A DNA stretch of 64,000 bases from positions 12,763-76,762 of the forward strand of contig MU058001.1 of NCBI GenBank assembly GCA_013265495.1, read 5' to 3'. Positions 52,020 to 64,000 of this stretch are shown here, piece by piece. This DNA comes from Vicugna vicugna. Lineage: Eukaryota. The position numbers and the translations under genes are program-made. Positions within the stretch are counted from its first letter, which is position 1; every line of letters begins with the position of its first letter. Below the pieces are notes generated by a model that was not told the origin of the DNA, searched no databases, and saw nothing but the letters and a program-made list of their open reading frames with translations.

Positions 52020-55000
52020 TCCTTAATATTACGGGTGTAAATATAAACTAGAAAGAAAAAAAACTTTGCAAAAGAGTATTAAAACAAAGCATTTTGTTTA
52101 TGTTTTCTTTTTAAGGTAAGCAACATCAAATAACCTCTAGACAGGTGCATCATGAAGAAAAGAGAGATGCTCCAAAGAAATAAAGTAAGAAATAAAAGAA
52201 GAGAAATAACAATTGTTACTTCAGTTATAAAAAAAGGGATCATTTTGTCAACAATTACATGCCAATAAACTGGACAACGTAGAAGAAATAGACAAATGCA
52301 TAGAAAGAGACAGGGATAAGGAGAAACAAATAATTTGAACAAACTTATTAGTAGAAGATAGAATCTGCATTTGAAAAAATGTTTATACATTAGTGCAGAT
52401 TTAAACAGCTCCCTTGGAGAACTGTACAAAAATACAAAGCAGGGCTTATACTCTTCAAACTATTCAAAAATAGTGTAGATGGGGGAAACTCTCAAATTAA
52501 TTCTATGAAGACTTCATAACCATTATAGCAAAGCCAACAAACAAAGTACGGACAAAGAGAATTTCAAACCATTATATTTCATTGATTTAGATGCAAAAAT
52601 TCAACAATATATTATTAGCAAACTAAATCCAGCAATACCTAAAATGAATCATACACCATGATCAACTTGTATTCATTGCAGGGTCACAAGAATGTTTCAA
52701 CATACACAAATCAATCTGTTTGATACACCGCATTACAAAAGTAAAAGAAAAAATGACGTGTTTATCCCAATAATTCCATCAAAAGCATTTCGAAAAAATC
52801 AATATTTATTCACTAGAACAGCAACAAAAGCAACAACAGCAACAACAGCAACAACAACAACAACAGCAGCAACAACAGAAACAACAACAGCATAAACAAC
52901 AACAATAGCAAAAACAACAACAACAGCAACAATGACAAAAATCTCTTAGCAAAGTAAGATTCAGGAAATATATCTCAACATAAATAAAGTCATTAATTAC
53001 AGACCCACAGACAACATAATATGAAAAAGTGAAAACCTGAAAGCCAAATTAAGGAATAAGACAAGGGTGCCCACTTTCACCATTTTTATTAAACACAGCA
53101 TGGGAAGTCCTACCAACGGCAATCAGACTAGAAAAAAATGTATTCAAGTTGGATTGAATGAAGTAAAACTGGTATTATTTTACATGACATAATACTGTAT
53201 ATAGAGAACCCTAAAGATTCTCCACAACAGAACAACTAAAACTAATAAAGACATTTAGCAAAGTTGCATGATTCATGATTAATATACAAAAACTTTCACA
53301 TTTCTTTACATGAACAATTAAATATTCCATAATTTTAAAAAATCCATATGAAATCAGATGAAAAAATGAAAAACCTATGAAAAAACCAAGATAATAAAAT
53401 CAATAGGGCACTGATAAAGAAATTTGAAGATGATGCAAAGAAATGGAAAGAAATATCTAGGTATTAGTTTAGAGGAAATAATATTGTTAAAATATACATA
53501 CTACAAAAGATATCTACAGATATAAAGTCATTCAGATCGAACTACATGATATTTTACACAGAAATTAAAACAGTCCTAAAATTTGTAAGGATCTGCAAAA
53601 GAACCAGAACTACAGAAGAAACAATCAGGAAAAAGAACAAAGTTGGAGGCATAACCCATAACCCTCCCAGATATCAGACTATATTAAAAAAATACAGTAA
53701 TCAAAACAGCACAGTACTGGAAAACAAACAAACATCTGTATCACTGGAACAGAACACAGAGGCAGAAATAAAACATCACACCTATGGTCAACTAAACTTT
53801 TACAAAGGAAACAGAAATATACATTGCCTAAAGACAGTCTTCAGCAAGTGATGTTGAGAAAACTAGACAGCTATATGTAAATCAATGAAATTAGAACACT
53901 CCCTCAGACTGCAGAAAAATAAACTCAAAATGTTTTAAATATCTAAATCTAATACATGACACAATAAAACTCCTGAAAACTAACATAGGCAAAACAAGAG
54001 ATAAATTGTAGTACAATTTTCTTATGTCACTCTCCCAAGCTGAAAACAATAAAAGCAAAATAATCAAATAGGTCCTAATTAAACTTAAAAGATTCTACAC
54101 AGCAAATTAAACAGAATGAAAAGATGAACTTCCAAATGGGAGAAAACATTAGGAAACATGCAATCAACAAGTGGCTAATTTCTAATATACACACATCATT
54201 CATACCACTCCAATTCAAAAATCACAACTCAGCCAGAAAATGAGCAGAAGAAAATTCTCTAAACAAGAGACAGAGATGACAAAGAGGAACATAAAAACAT
54301 GCTCACATTGCTAATCATTTTACAAAGGCAAGACAAAAATAAAATAATGTTTTTCCTCAATCTATTGAGAAGGGCTGTCATCAAAATGTTTACAAATAAT
54401 AAAGACTGTGGAGGTTGCAGAGAAAAAGGGACTCTCCAACGCTGTTGGTGGGATTGAAAATTGTTGCAACCACTTTGGAAACTGTATGGAAGTTCCATTA
54501 AATAATAAAAATAGACCTATCATATGACCCAGAAATCCCACTCCTTGGCATATAAAACATAAAACATGAAAACCAAGGATCCTTGGGTAAAACACAAGTA
54601 GACTTGACTTAATTTGATTCTTCATATATCTTCTCTGGTAAGGGAAGCAGAAGCAAAACTAACAAAAGATGATTGTATTAGCCTAAACAGATTTACACTG
54701 CAGAAGAAATGATCAATAAAATGAAAAGCCAACCAACACAATGGGAGAATATACTTGCAAGTGATATTTTCCAATCAAGTGTTAATATCCAAAATATATG
54801 GCAAACTCATACACAACCACAACAAAAAAGACCAAACTATCCAAGTGAAAAAAAGTCCATAGGAACTGAATAGATAGATCTGAATCTATTTTCTGTCAAA
54901 AACATACAGTTGGCTAAATGACACATGAAAATATGTTCAGAGTTATAAATTATTAGGAAAGTCTTAAACCAAAAATGAGACAAGACCTCACACTTGTCAG

Positions 55001-55095
55001 AAGGCTCTCATCAAAAAGAAAAGAAATGGATGTTGGTGAGATTGTGGAGAAAAAGGGACACCGTGAACACTCTTGATAGGAATGCAAAGTATTGA
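52020..55095 (+). mobile_element. Older L1 ORF2 fragments, sense (paralog of 17100-20125)
   Basis: Direct alignment with copy A. Confidence 0.85.
52815..52935. repeat. Expanded (CAA/CAG)n repeat
   Basis: About 120 bp of ACA/GCA triplets. Confidence 0.9.
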
Positions 55096-55137
55096 TTCCA
55101 TTGCATATATACATCAAATTTTCTTCATCCAGTTTTC

Positions 55138-55594
55138 TGTCAAGGGATGTTGGGTTTGCAGGCCCCTGTCTGAAGTCTCTAGGGAATAAGCCCATGGGCT
55201 GAACTGATAAGCTGTGAGGAATGTCACATATCCAGGCTGGATAAGAAATGGCCTACTCAATGTATCCAGTATGGTTGGCTGGATATCCTATGCTGGGTAA
55301 GATCCTCAGAGGAGGACAACCTAAAACAGGCACAGCTGGCTGGATAAGAGATGGCCTACTTAATGAAGTTCCGTGATGAACTTTAAAACAATCCTTGATC
55401 ATTTAACATCCTGTGCTTACTGCAGGAGCATGGGGACATAAATAGCTTAAGATTATTAACATTGTTATAACTTAGATGATATGTGAAGCATTGTGCATGT
55501 CCTATATAAACCCTTCTTCTAAGAATCAATAAACAGAACTGCTTCACTTCTCTCCACATAGTGTTTGTGTGTATATGATATTGTGTCACTGACA
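55138..55594 (+). mobile_element. Solo LTR (paralog of 20168-20630)
   Basis: TGTCA...TGACA ends; TATATAAA at ~55503; AATAAA at ~55528. Confidence 0.78.
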
Positions 55595-56455
55595 GGGATA
55601 ATTTAATTTGTTGGGAGTATCTTAAAATGATGTTGCATGATATACAATTCTCTTTCTGCATCTAATGAGATGATTATGTGAGTTTTATTTTTCATTCTAT
55701 TAGTATGGCATGTCACCTTTATTGATTTGAATATTTTGAAGTATCCTTAAAGCCAGGGATAAATCCCTTTACCCATGTATGTTTATGAAATATTAAATGT
55801 GTTGTTGAATTCATTTTGCTTGTGTTTTTTTGAGAATTTTGGCACATATGTTCATCAGAGAGAATACTCTATATTTTGCATATAATGTCCTTTCTAGCAT
55901 TTTTATGAAAATAAAGCTGGCATCATGAAACAAGTTTGGAAACTTACTCCCCTTTCAAATTCTTGGAAGTTTTGGGGAACAATTGGTGAAAAATTGTCTT
56001 CAAATGTAGGACAGAATTCACCAGTAAAGTCATCTTGTAAATATTTTCTGGTTTGGGAGGTTTGGATTACTGATTTACTCATACACAATTTTGCTCTATT
56101 TAACTTTCTAATTTCTTCTTGGTTCAGTATTGGAAGACATGTTTCTGGGAATTTGTCTTTTGTTCTAGTTCATTCAAATTGTTGGCTAGTGGTAATTTCT
56201 TATGACGCTATGCATCTCTACAACATCATTGGCAATATCTTACCTTTTATTTCTCATTTTATTTGAGTCTTTATTTTCTTAGACAACCTAAACGTTTGTC
56301 CACATTAACATTATTTTTAAAGAAAGAGACTTAGGTATTTTTTTTTTATCTTTTCAATTGTGTCTCTTCTTATTTACCTTCCTCTCATTCATTCAAATTT
56401 CTTCTTTATTCTTTCTGTTTTCTCCTAGACTATTGTTGTTTAAAGTTAAATAGTG
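55595..56455 (-). mobile_element. Old L1 ORF2 fragment, antisense (paralog of 20631-21480)
   Basis: Direct alignment with copy A. Confidence 0.85.
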
Positions 56456-56484
56456 TGAATCTTTGTATTTCTTTTATTATTAAA

Positions 56485-56492
56485 TATTATTT

Positions 56493-56531
<39 letters not shown>

Positions 56532-59500
56532 TTACTTATTTACTTATTTACTTTTTTATTCATTTATTTATCATTGAAGTTCTGTCATTTACAATGTGTC
56601 AATCTGTGGTGTATATCTCAGTGTCCCACTTCATGCATATATATATGTGCCTATTAAATTTAACTTCACTCTGTTTAACTTACTGCCCTGTGTCATACAA
56701 AAGACATTTTGAAAAAGTCTATTTTTATATACAGTGGATAACATTTATAAGTCTACAGATCCTAAATATAGCCTCTCCTAGCCCTTTCCTTCAGTAACAA
56801 TAAGATTATAAAGTAGATCTGCAAGTGTGTTTCAGTTTGGTAGATGAAATCATAGTGTTCTCAACCAAATTTTTTTTTAAGGTTCTACATATGTCATGTC
56901 ATGTGTTATTTTTTTTCTCTTTCTTGCTTACTTCAATTAGAATGGCACATTTTGGGGACATTCACTTTGCTGCAAATGTCATTGCTTTATCATTTTTTAT
57001 GGCAGAATATTATTCCATTGTGTAAATATGGCATAAATTCTGTATACTCTCATCTGTTGATTTACAATTAGGGTGCTTCCATGTCGTGGCTGTTGTATAT
57101 AGCACTGCTAAGAACATTGGGGTGCAGGTGACTTTTTGAATTACGGTTCTCTTTGATATATACCCAGAAGTGGGATTGCTGGATCATATGTTAAGTCTAT
57201 TTTTATTCTTTTGTTGAATACCCATCCTGTTTTCCACAACGACTGCACCAAACTACATTCCTACCAACAGTGTAGGATGTTTCCCTTTCTCCACAGCTTA
57301 CCCAGCATTTATTGTCTGTGGACTTTTGAATGATGGCCATTGTGACTATTGTGAGGTGATACTTCATTATAATTTTGAATTGCCCTTCTCTGATAATGAT
57401 AGTGAGTAATTTTTTTTCATATTTCTAAGTGGCATTTGTATGTCTCTAATGGAGAATTGGTTGTTTAGGGCTTCTGCCCATTTTCATATTGGGTTTCTTG
57501 TTTTTTTTTAAGTATTATTATTAGGTTGTATGAACTCTTCATATTTTGGAAATTTAGCCTTTGTCAGTTGCATCACTTCTAAATATTTTCTTTAATACTT
57601 TAGTTTGTCATCTTGCTTTGTTTATGGCTCCCTTTGCTGTACAAAAGCTTATAAGTTTAATTAGGTCCTATTTATTAATTTTGCTCTTACATCCATTACC
57701 TGCATAGGCTGTTCTAGGAGATCATTGCTACGATTTATCTCAGAGTGTTTTGCATATGTTTTCTTCTAGGAGATTTACTGTGTCTTGCCTTACATTTAAA
57801 TCTTCAAGTCATTTTGAGTTTATTCTTGTGTATGGAGTGAAAGAGAGTTCTAACTCCATTGTTCTGATGCTGCTATTCAGTTTTCCCAACACCAGTTGAT
57901 GTAGACATGGTCTTTTCTGTGTCATATTCTTGGCTACTCTGTAAAATATTAATTGAGCATAGGCCTGTAGATTTATTCCTAGGCTCCCTTTTCTGTTCCA
58001 TTGGTCCATATGCCTGTTTCTGTACAAATATCATGATGTTTTGATTATTGTAGCTCTGCCATAGTGTATGGAGACCAGGCAGGTTATTCCTCCAGCCTCT
58101 TTCTTTGTCTTCAATTTTGTTTTGGAAATTATGGATCTTTATTGTATCTATATAAATCATATGATCATTTGTTTCAGTCCTAAAAAGAAATGTTTTGAAT
58201 AATATGATAGGAACTCAGATAAAGTCTGTGGATTGCCCTGGGTAGTATGGCCATTTTAACAAAATTATTTCTTCCATTACGAGACCATTGGTTATCTTTT
58301 CAATTCTTCAAATCTTTCTTGATTTCCTCAATCAATGTGTTCTTGTTCTCCAACTATAAGTCATTCACCAACTTGGTCAGAGTTATTCTTAAGCATTTTA
58401 TAATTTTTGGTGCAGTTATAAAAGAGGTTGTTTCTATACTTTGTTTTCCTGTTGATTCAATGGTAGTGTAAAGAAATGTAATTGTTTTTTGTACATTACT
58501 CTGGCTACATTGCCCAGTTCCTGTTTTAGCCTAAGTAATTTTTTGTGAAGCTTTTACAGTTTTCTATATACAGTGTCATGTCTGCATAACATGACAATTT
58601 TACCTCTTCTTTCCCAGTCTGAATAGTTTTGTTTATTTTCCTTGCCTGATCATTGTGGCTAGGAATTCTAAGACTAAATTGATTTGAAATTGTGAGAATG
58701 GGCTTCCTTGTCTTGTCTCAGGTTTTTGTGGGAAGGGTTCCAGTTTTTCACCACTGAGCATTAAGCTGACTATATGTTTGTTATAAATAGCTTTCATTAT
58801 ATTGAGATATGGTCCCTCTATGACCACTGTGATAAGAACTTTATTGCAAGTAGGTGTTAAATTTTATTAAATGCTTTTTCTGCATCTATTGAGATGATCA
58901 TATCATTTTTGTCTTCTCTTTTGTTGATATGGTGTATCACAATTGATTGATTAATTTGCATATGTTCAACCATCCTTGTGTTCCTGGGATGAACCTAACT
59001 TGACCATGGTGTATGATCTTTATTTACATGATTTTGGATTGTGCTTGTTAATTATTTCTCAAGAACTTTTACTTCTATGTTTATCAATGATATTGGCATA
59101 TAGTTTTCTTTTTGGGGTAGTGTCTTTGTGAGGTTTTGGTATCAGGTTGATGTTGGCCGTATGGTGTGTGATTGGGAGTACTCCCTCCATATCAATCTTT
59201 TGGAAGAGTTTGAGGAGAACTGGTTTGGATTTTTCTTTGTATGTTTGGTCAAATTCCCCAGTGAAACTATTTGGGTTTGAATTTTGTTTGCAGAGATTTT
59301 TTTATTTTATTGATAATTCTATTCCATTTCTGGTGATATGTCTGTTCAAATGGCTAACTTCTCCTTGATGAAATCTTTGTGGGCTGAATCTTTCCAAAAA
59401 CTTCTCCATTTCTTCCTGGTTATCAAGTTTATTTCCACACAGTTGCTCATGGTATTCCCTCATGATATTTTGTAAATTTGTTGTTCTATTTGTAGTTTCT

Positions 59501-61242
59501 ACTTTTTCATTTCTTATATTGTTTGTGTTCTCTCTCTTTTCTTGTTGGTGAGTCTGTCCAGAGATTTGTCAATTTTGTTTACTATTTCAAAAAAAGTTTG
59601 ATTGATTTTTCTATTTTTTAATCTCTATTTCAATTATTTCTTCGTTGATCTTTATTTTTTCTTTCTTTCTTTTGACTTTTGATTTTGTTTGTTCTTCTTT
59701 TCCTGATTTGTTTACATAGAACGTTTGATTATATATTTGAAATTGTTCTTCTAATTTGAGGATGGCCTTGTCACTATGAACTTCACTCTTAAGCCTGCTT
59801 TAACAGTATTCCATAGACTTTGTGTAGTGTATGTCATATTTCTCAAGATATTTTTTAATTTCTTCTTTTACTTCAGCACCTGACCCCCTTGTTTAAGTAC
59901 CATGTTTTTTCATCTGGATGCTGTTATTTTTTCTCCCTGCTTTTCTGTGATTGTTTTCTAGTTTCATGGTATTATACTCAGAAAAGATGCTTAAATTAAT
60001 TTTTATCTAATTAAATTTTTTGAGGCTTCTTGAGTGCCTGAGTATGTAATCTTTCATAGAAAATATTCCTTGTGAACAGGAAAAAAAGCACAGGAAAAAA
60101 ATGTATATTCAGTTTTGGGGAGATGAACTGGTTTGAAAATATCAAGCATCTTCAAATATTTTATTATGTATTTTAGTCTCTTTGTTCCCTTACTAATTTT
60201 CTGTGTGAGAGACCAGTCCAGTGATGATAATGGGGAGTTATAATCTCCTACATTGATTCTGTTCCCAGAGATTTCTCTATTTTATTTATTAGTGTTTCTT
60301 TTATGTATTTAGGTGCTCCTATACTGAGTGCATATATCTTAATGAGTATAATATCCCCATTTTAATTTGCTCCTTTAATCATTATATCATGTCCTTTTTT
60401 ATCTTTCTCTATGGCCTTTTTTGTAAAGTCTCATTGTGTGAAGTCAGTACTGCTTGTCCTGTTTCTTGTCATGTGCATTTTCATGGAATATATTTTTCCA
60501 CCTTCTGACTTTCAATTGATGTGTGTTCCTCTTACTATAGTGGGTCTCCTCTATGCTTCATAATGTAGGGTCTTGTTATATTATCCCTTCTGACAATAAA
60601 TATCTTTTGATTGAAGCACTAAGTCCATTAACATTTGTGATAATTATTGATAGAAATGTTTATTTCCATACTGAAATTCATTCTCTAGTTGATTTGGTAT
60701 TTTCTTTTTGTTCATTTTTTTTTGTGGCTTGATAAGTTTTCTTTTATAATCTTGGGTTCTTTTTGGCTTTGTGACTTCATTGTATGCTTTTGACTTATGG
60801 TTATCTTGTTTTGTATGCATATTGACCCGTAATATATTTGTTTAATTTAACTGATAAGAATACAAATTCAAACCCATACAACAGAAAACAGAAACAAGAA
60901 AACACTCTTTATTTTCCTGTTTCATTCTGTGACCCTTAAAAATTTTGATCTCTTCTTTTACAACATAATATTTGTTCTGTTGTAAGTCATTATAGATATT
61001 ACCTTTATAATTATGACTTCCTCTTTTCTATAGCATCCTGCTTCTTTTTTATTTAGAGTAGATCTTTCTTATTTCTTTTTCTCTTGCTAAATTCTTTAAG
61101 TATTTGCTTGTGTGGAAGTTATTTATCTCTCCTTCTTCTAAAAGATAGCCTTGCTTGATAAAGTATCTTAGATTACAGCTTTCTTTCATTCAGGACTTTG
61201 AATCTTTCTTGCCACTGCCTTCTGCCTGCTGTGTTTGTGTAG
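56485..61242 (-). mobile_element. 5'-truncated L1, antisense, with (TTTA)n tail (paralog of 21505-26222)
   Basis: NRHMDQWNR and IEGPYLNIMKAIY ORF2p peptides. Confidence 0.93.
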
Positions 61243-61244
61243 GA

Positions 61245-62620
61245 AACGAGGTTACAAATAATATGTATATAATAATATATATATGTAAAGAACACATATA
61301 AATGAAGTTAACAAATATGGTGAAAACCTATACGTTAAAAATCAGAAAACATTGATAAAGGAACTTAAAACAGATCCAAAGGAATGAAATGATCTCTTAT
61401 GTTAATGATGTGAAACAATGTGTTTGAAACAACCATGCTACCCAAAGGAATCTACATTTTGTGTGATTCATGTGAAAATACCAATGAGATTTTTCCAATA
61501 AATTGAACAAATAATTTTAAAATTTATATGTAACCACAAAGATCTTGAGTTGCCAAAATAATCCTGAAAAAGGGTATTAAATCTAATGGTGTAAAATTCT
61601 CTGATGTTAAACAGTCCTACAAAACTTTAGTAATTAAAACAAAATGATACTGGCTCAAAAACAGACACCAATCAATAGAAGAGAATCGAGCAACCAGATA
61701 TAATCCCTCACACCTATGATCAATTAACCCATGAAAAAGGAAGCAAGAGTATAAAATTAAGAAATGACATTCTCCTCAATAATTACTGATGGGGAGATTG
61801 AACATGTAAAAGATTGATTAGAATATTTCCTCACATTGTATACAATCCATGAGCACACAATATCTTTCTATTTATTTTGTTTACTTATATTTCTTGCACC
61901 TGTAATATATAGATCTTTGTTTAGAACTTTTATTTCACTTATCAAATTTATTCCTATTTTATTCTTTTTGGTATTAATTTACACACAATAGTTTTCCTAA
62001 TTTCTATTTCTGATAATGTTTTGTTACTATACAAATATGCAACGAATATTTGTATATTGATTTTGTATTCTGCAAGTTTACTAAGTTTGTTCATTATTTC
62101 TAACAGTCACTGGAGGAGTCTACGGAGTTTTCTATGTATGCATAATTATGTCATCTGTAAAAACTTCACTCTTTTATTACAAGTTGAGTTAATTTTATAT
62201 TTTTTCTTGACTAGTAAGTCTTCCGAGGACTTCTAGTAGTGTAATTTAGGATTTGTGAAAATGAGCTACTTTTTCTTATTACTGGACCAGAGGAAAAGAT
62301 TCCTGTATGTTAACATTGAATTTGATTTAAGCCATGTGTATTTCATGTATGGCTTTTATTATGCTTAGTTACATTCTATCTAAATCAAATTAAATAATAT
62401 TTTTATAAAAATTTAAAGATCAGATCTGTCAATAATTTTCCTATATATTTGGTGATTGTTATATTTGAATTCTTTTTTTTTTAAAAGGATAGTATCACAT
62501 ATGTAAATTCGTGTATATTAAATAATATTTATGGATCTGGTCAAAATCCAACTTAATTATAGTTTATAATACTTATTATATGCCATGTATTCAGGTTGCT
62601 AATATTTATATAGAATGGGA
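61245..62620. mobile_element. Convergent pair of L1 ORF2 fragments (+ 61245-61840, - 61845-62620), paralog of 26225-27600
   Basis: Direct alignment with copy A. Confidence 0.8.
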
Positions 62621-63741
62621 TTTACAGACACTGAATGAAAAATTTACATTGTAGCTTTAGGGTACATTTATTTATTTAAATATTTTATCTCTCATTTTGA
62701 ACTGGGCTTATGTTTAATGGAATTTATTTCTAAATAAAGAATATAACTTTTGGTAGAACTGGATTTACTACAGTTTTTTGATACAGAACATAGCTATTAT
62801 TCACAATTAGTGCAAAAGACACTCGCCTTAAAATGCCATAAAATAATATAAATGCCAACTGTTTCAGGACTGAGAAACATATTGCTTCCTAAAATGAATT
62901 ACCTGGTCTTTTACACCCCAACCGACACATAGGATTATATCTTTGTTTTTTGATTGTTTGTTTGCCCCTTAATGGAGGCAATGCTTATTGAACCCAGGAT
63001 CTTGTGCATAAGTTTATTTATCAACATCATTTTGGAACAATTAACAGAAGCCACAAGAGTATGGATTATAAAGAAGACAAGAAAATTTATTACTTCTAGG
63101 GACTGATAAACCTCAGAGTGACAGAATGGCAAAAATAAACATTTGTAAATTTACAATAAGATTCTCTCTTTTGAAATAATATTGTAGAATATTAAATTAC
63201 TTTTGCTTCAATTAAACCATTGAATTACAATTTAAAACAAAAGTTCCCCCTTTGGGATTTCTTAAATTAGATTGATTATTTTAATATTTTATTTCATAAA
63301 TATTAACCATTTTTATATACATACCATATAAACACATATTTATTCTTCTGATGTTTTGAATATAGAGGTACATATTCTAAAGTACACAGATAAATACCTG
63401 CTTCCAATACCAAATCAAATTATGTTTCACTTTAATTACAAATGATATTGAAATCGTTATACATTTTCTGTACATGTTTTAGGCAAATTTCAGTTAAAAT
63501 TTCTAAATTTAAAATTATTTTATATATTTTCTGCATTATTTATACACTGTTCACTAATCTGTTATAAATTTGTGTACAAAAGGAAGGAGATTGGTTTTAT
63601 TTAATAAACCCCAAAATTAAATTTTATAAAAAGATTTTTTTGAGATAATATTTGCAGATTACTCTATAAAAATAAGCGTCTTATATGTTTCATTTTAACT
63701 GGATGAGTGAGAAGTAAACACTGGCTGAATGTTACACTTGA

Positions 63742-63776
63742 GTTGCTAGGAGACCAGTCATTTTGTGATATCACAA
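63742..63776 (+). promoter_or_regulatory. Paralogous promoter motifs in copy B: identical X-box (63742-63754) and TGATATCA (63766-63773)
   Basis: Direct alignment with 28733-28767. Confidence 0.5.
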
Positions 63777-63905
63777 CTACTCAGGTTGAGAACCACTCTG
63801 ATGGCCTAACAGTTTGTCTGTGTAGGCCTGCCGAAGCAGCATTTGAAGCTGCAGTGTTCAAAATCATTCAGATTAGAAAAGTACCTGTAGAAAAAGTTAT
63901 ATGAA

Positions 63906-64000
63906 ATGGCACATGTTTCTTCAGAAATTCAAGACGTGTCTCATAAAGATGGACCAACTGGTTAAGGAAACTCCGGTAGATTTTTATTGTGTTATCAAAC
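63906..64000 (+). pseudogene. HSFY: Second HSFY copy, 5' end only, nonsense at codon 20
   Basis: ATG GCA CAT GTT TCT TCA GAA ATT CAA GAC GTG TCT CAT AAA GAT GGA CCA ACT GGT TAA = MAHVSSEIQDVSHKDGPTG*. TAA at 63963-63965 aligns to TCA (Ser20) of copy A. Confidence 0.9.

Larger units (their letters stand above)
34841..64000 (+). repeat. Copy B of the ~35 kb tandem unit, cut by the window end inside HSFY exon 1
   Basis: Same order and orientation of all elements as positions 1-28990; hand-aligned samples are about 84-95% identical. Confidence 0.97.

Noticed and set aside
52692..52895. Thr/Ala-rich mucin-like ORF
   Set aside because: Translation of a CAA/CAG microsatellite inside an L1.
63707..63904. 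65 aa ORF ending just before the copy B HSFY ATG (possible uORF)
   Set aside because: GTG start, overlaps promoter motifs, and is not open in copy A.
1..64000. Duplication as an uncollapsed haplotype or assembly artefact
   Set aside because: About 5-16% divergence with many private indels far exceeds allelic difference or sequencing error.
1..64000. CRISPR arrays, tRNA or rRNA genes, prokaryotic systems
   Set aside because: No repeat-spacer structure or full RNA gene seen; the only B-box-like motif belongs to a SINE remnant; the sequence is mammalian.

Overview
Mammalian, very AT-rich, L1-saturated DNA, most likely from the ampliconic part of a Y chromosome. The window holds about 1.8 periods of a ~35 kb direct tandem repeat (copy A ~1-34840, copy B ~34841-64000; the offset grows from ~34.8 kb to 35,009 bp at the HSFY start codons). 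Each unit carries one HSFY (heat shock transcription factor, Y-linked) locus embedded in the same ordered mosaic of L1 fragments, one near-full-length decayed L1, a solo LTR and a SINE remnant. Both HSFY copies look disabled. Copy A has an open exon 1 but 3 nonsense codons and 3 frameshifts in exon 2. Copy B has TAA at codon 20. A tRNA-derived SINE remnant suggests a camelid-like cetartiodactyl (inference). I found no genuinely new biological system. The best leads are the old, unevenly diverged HSFY array, the exon-asymmetric decay that leaves a DNA-binding-domain-only ORF, and an RFX X-box plus decaying CRE in the HSFY promoter. Repeat boundaries are approximate and identities are hand counts on short samples.
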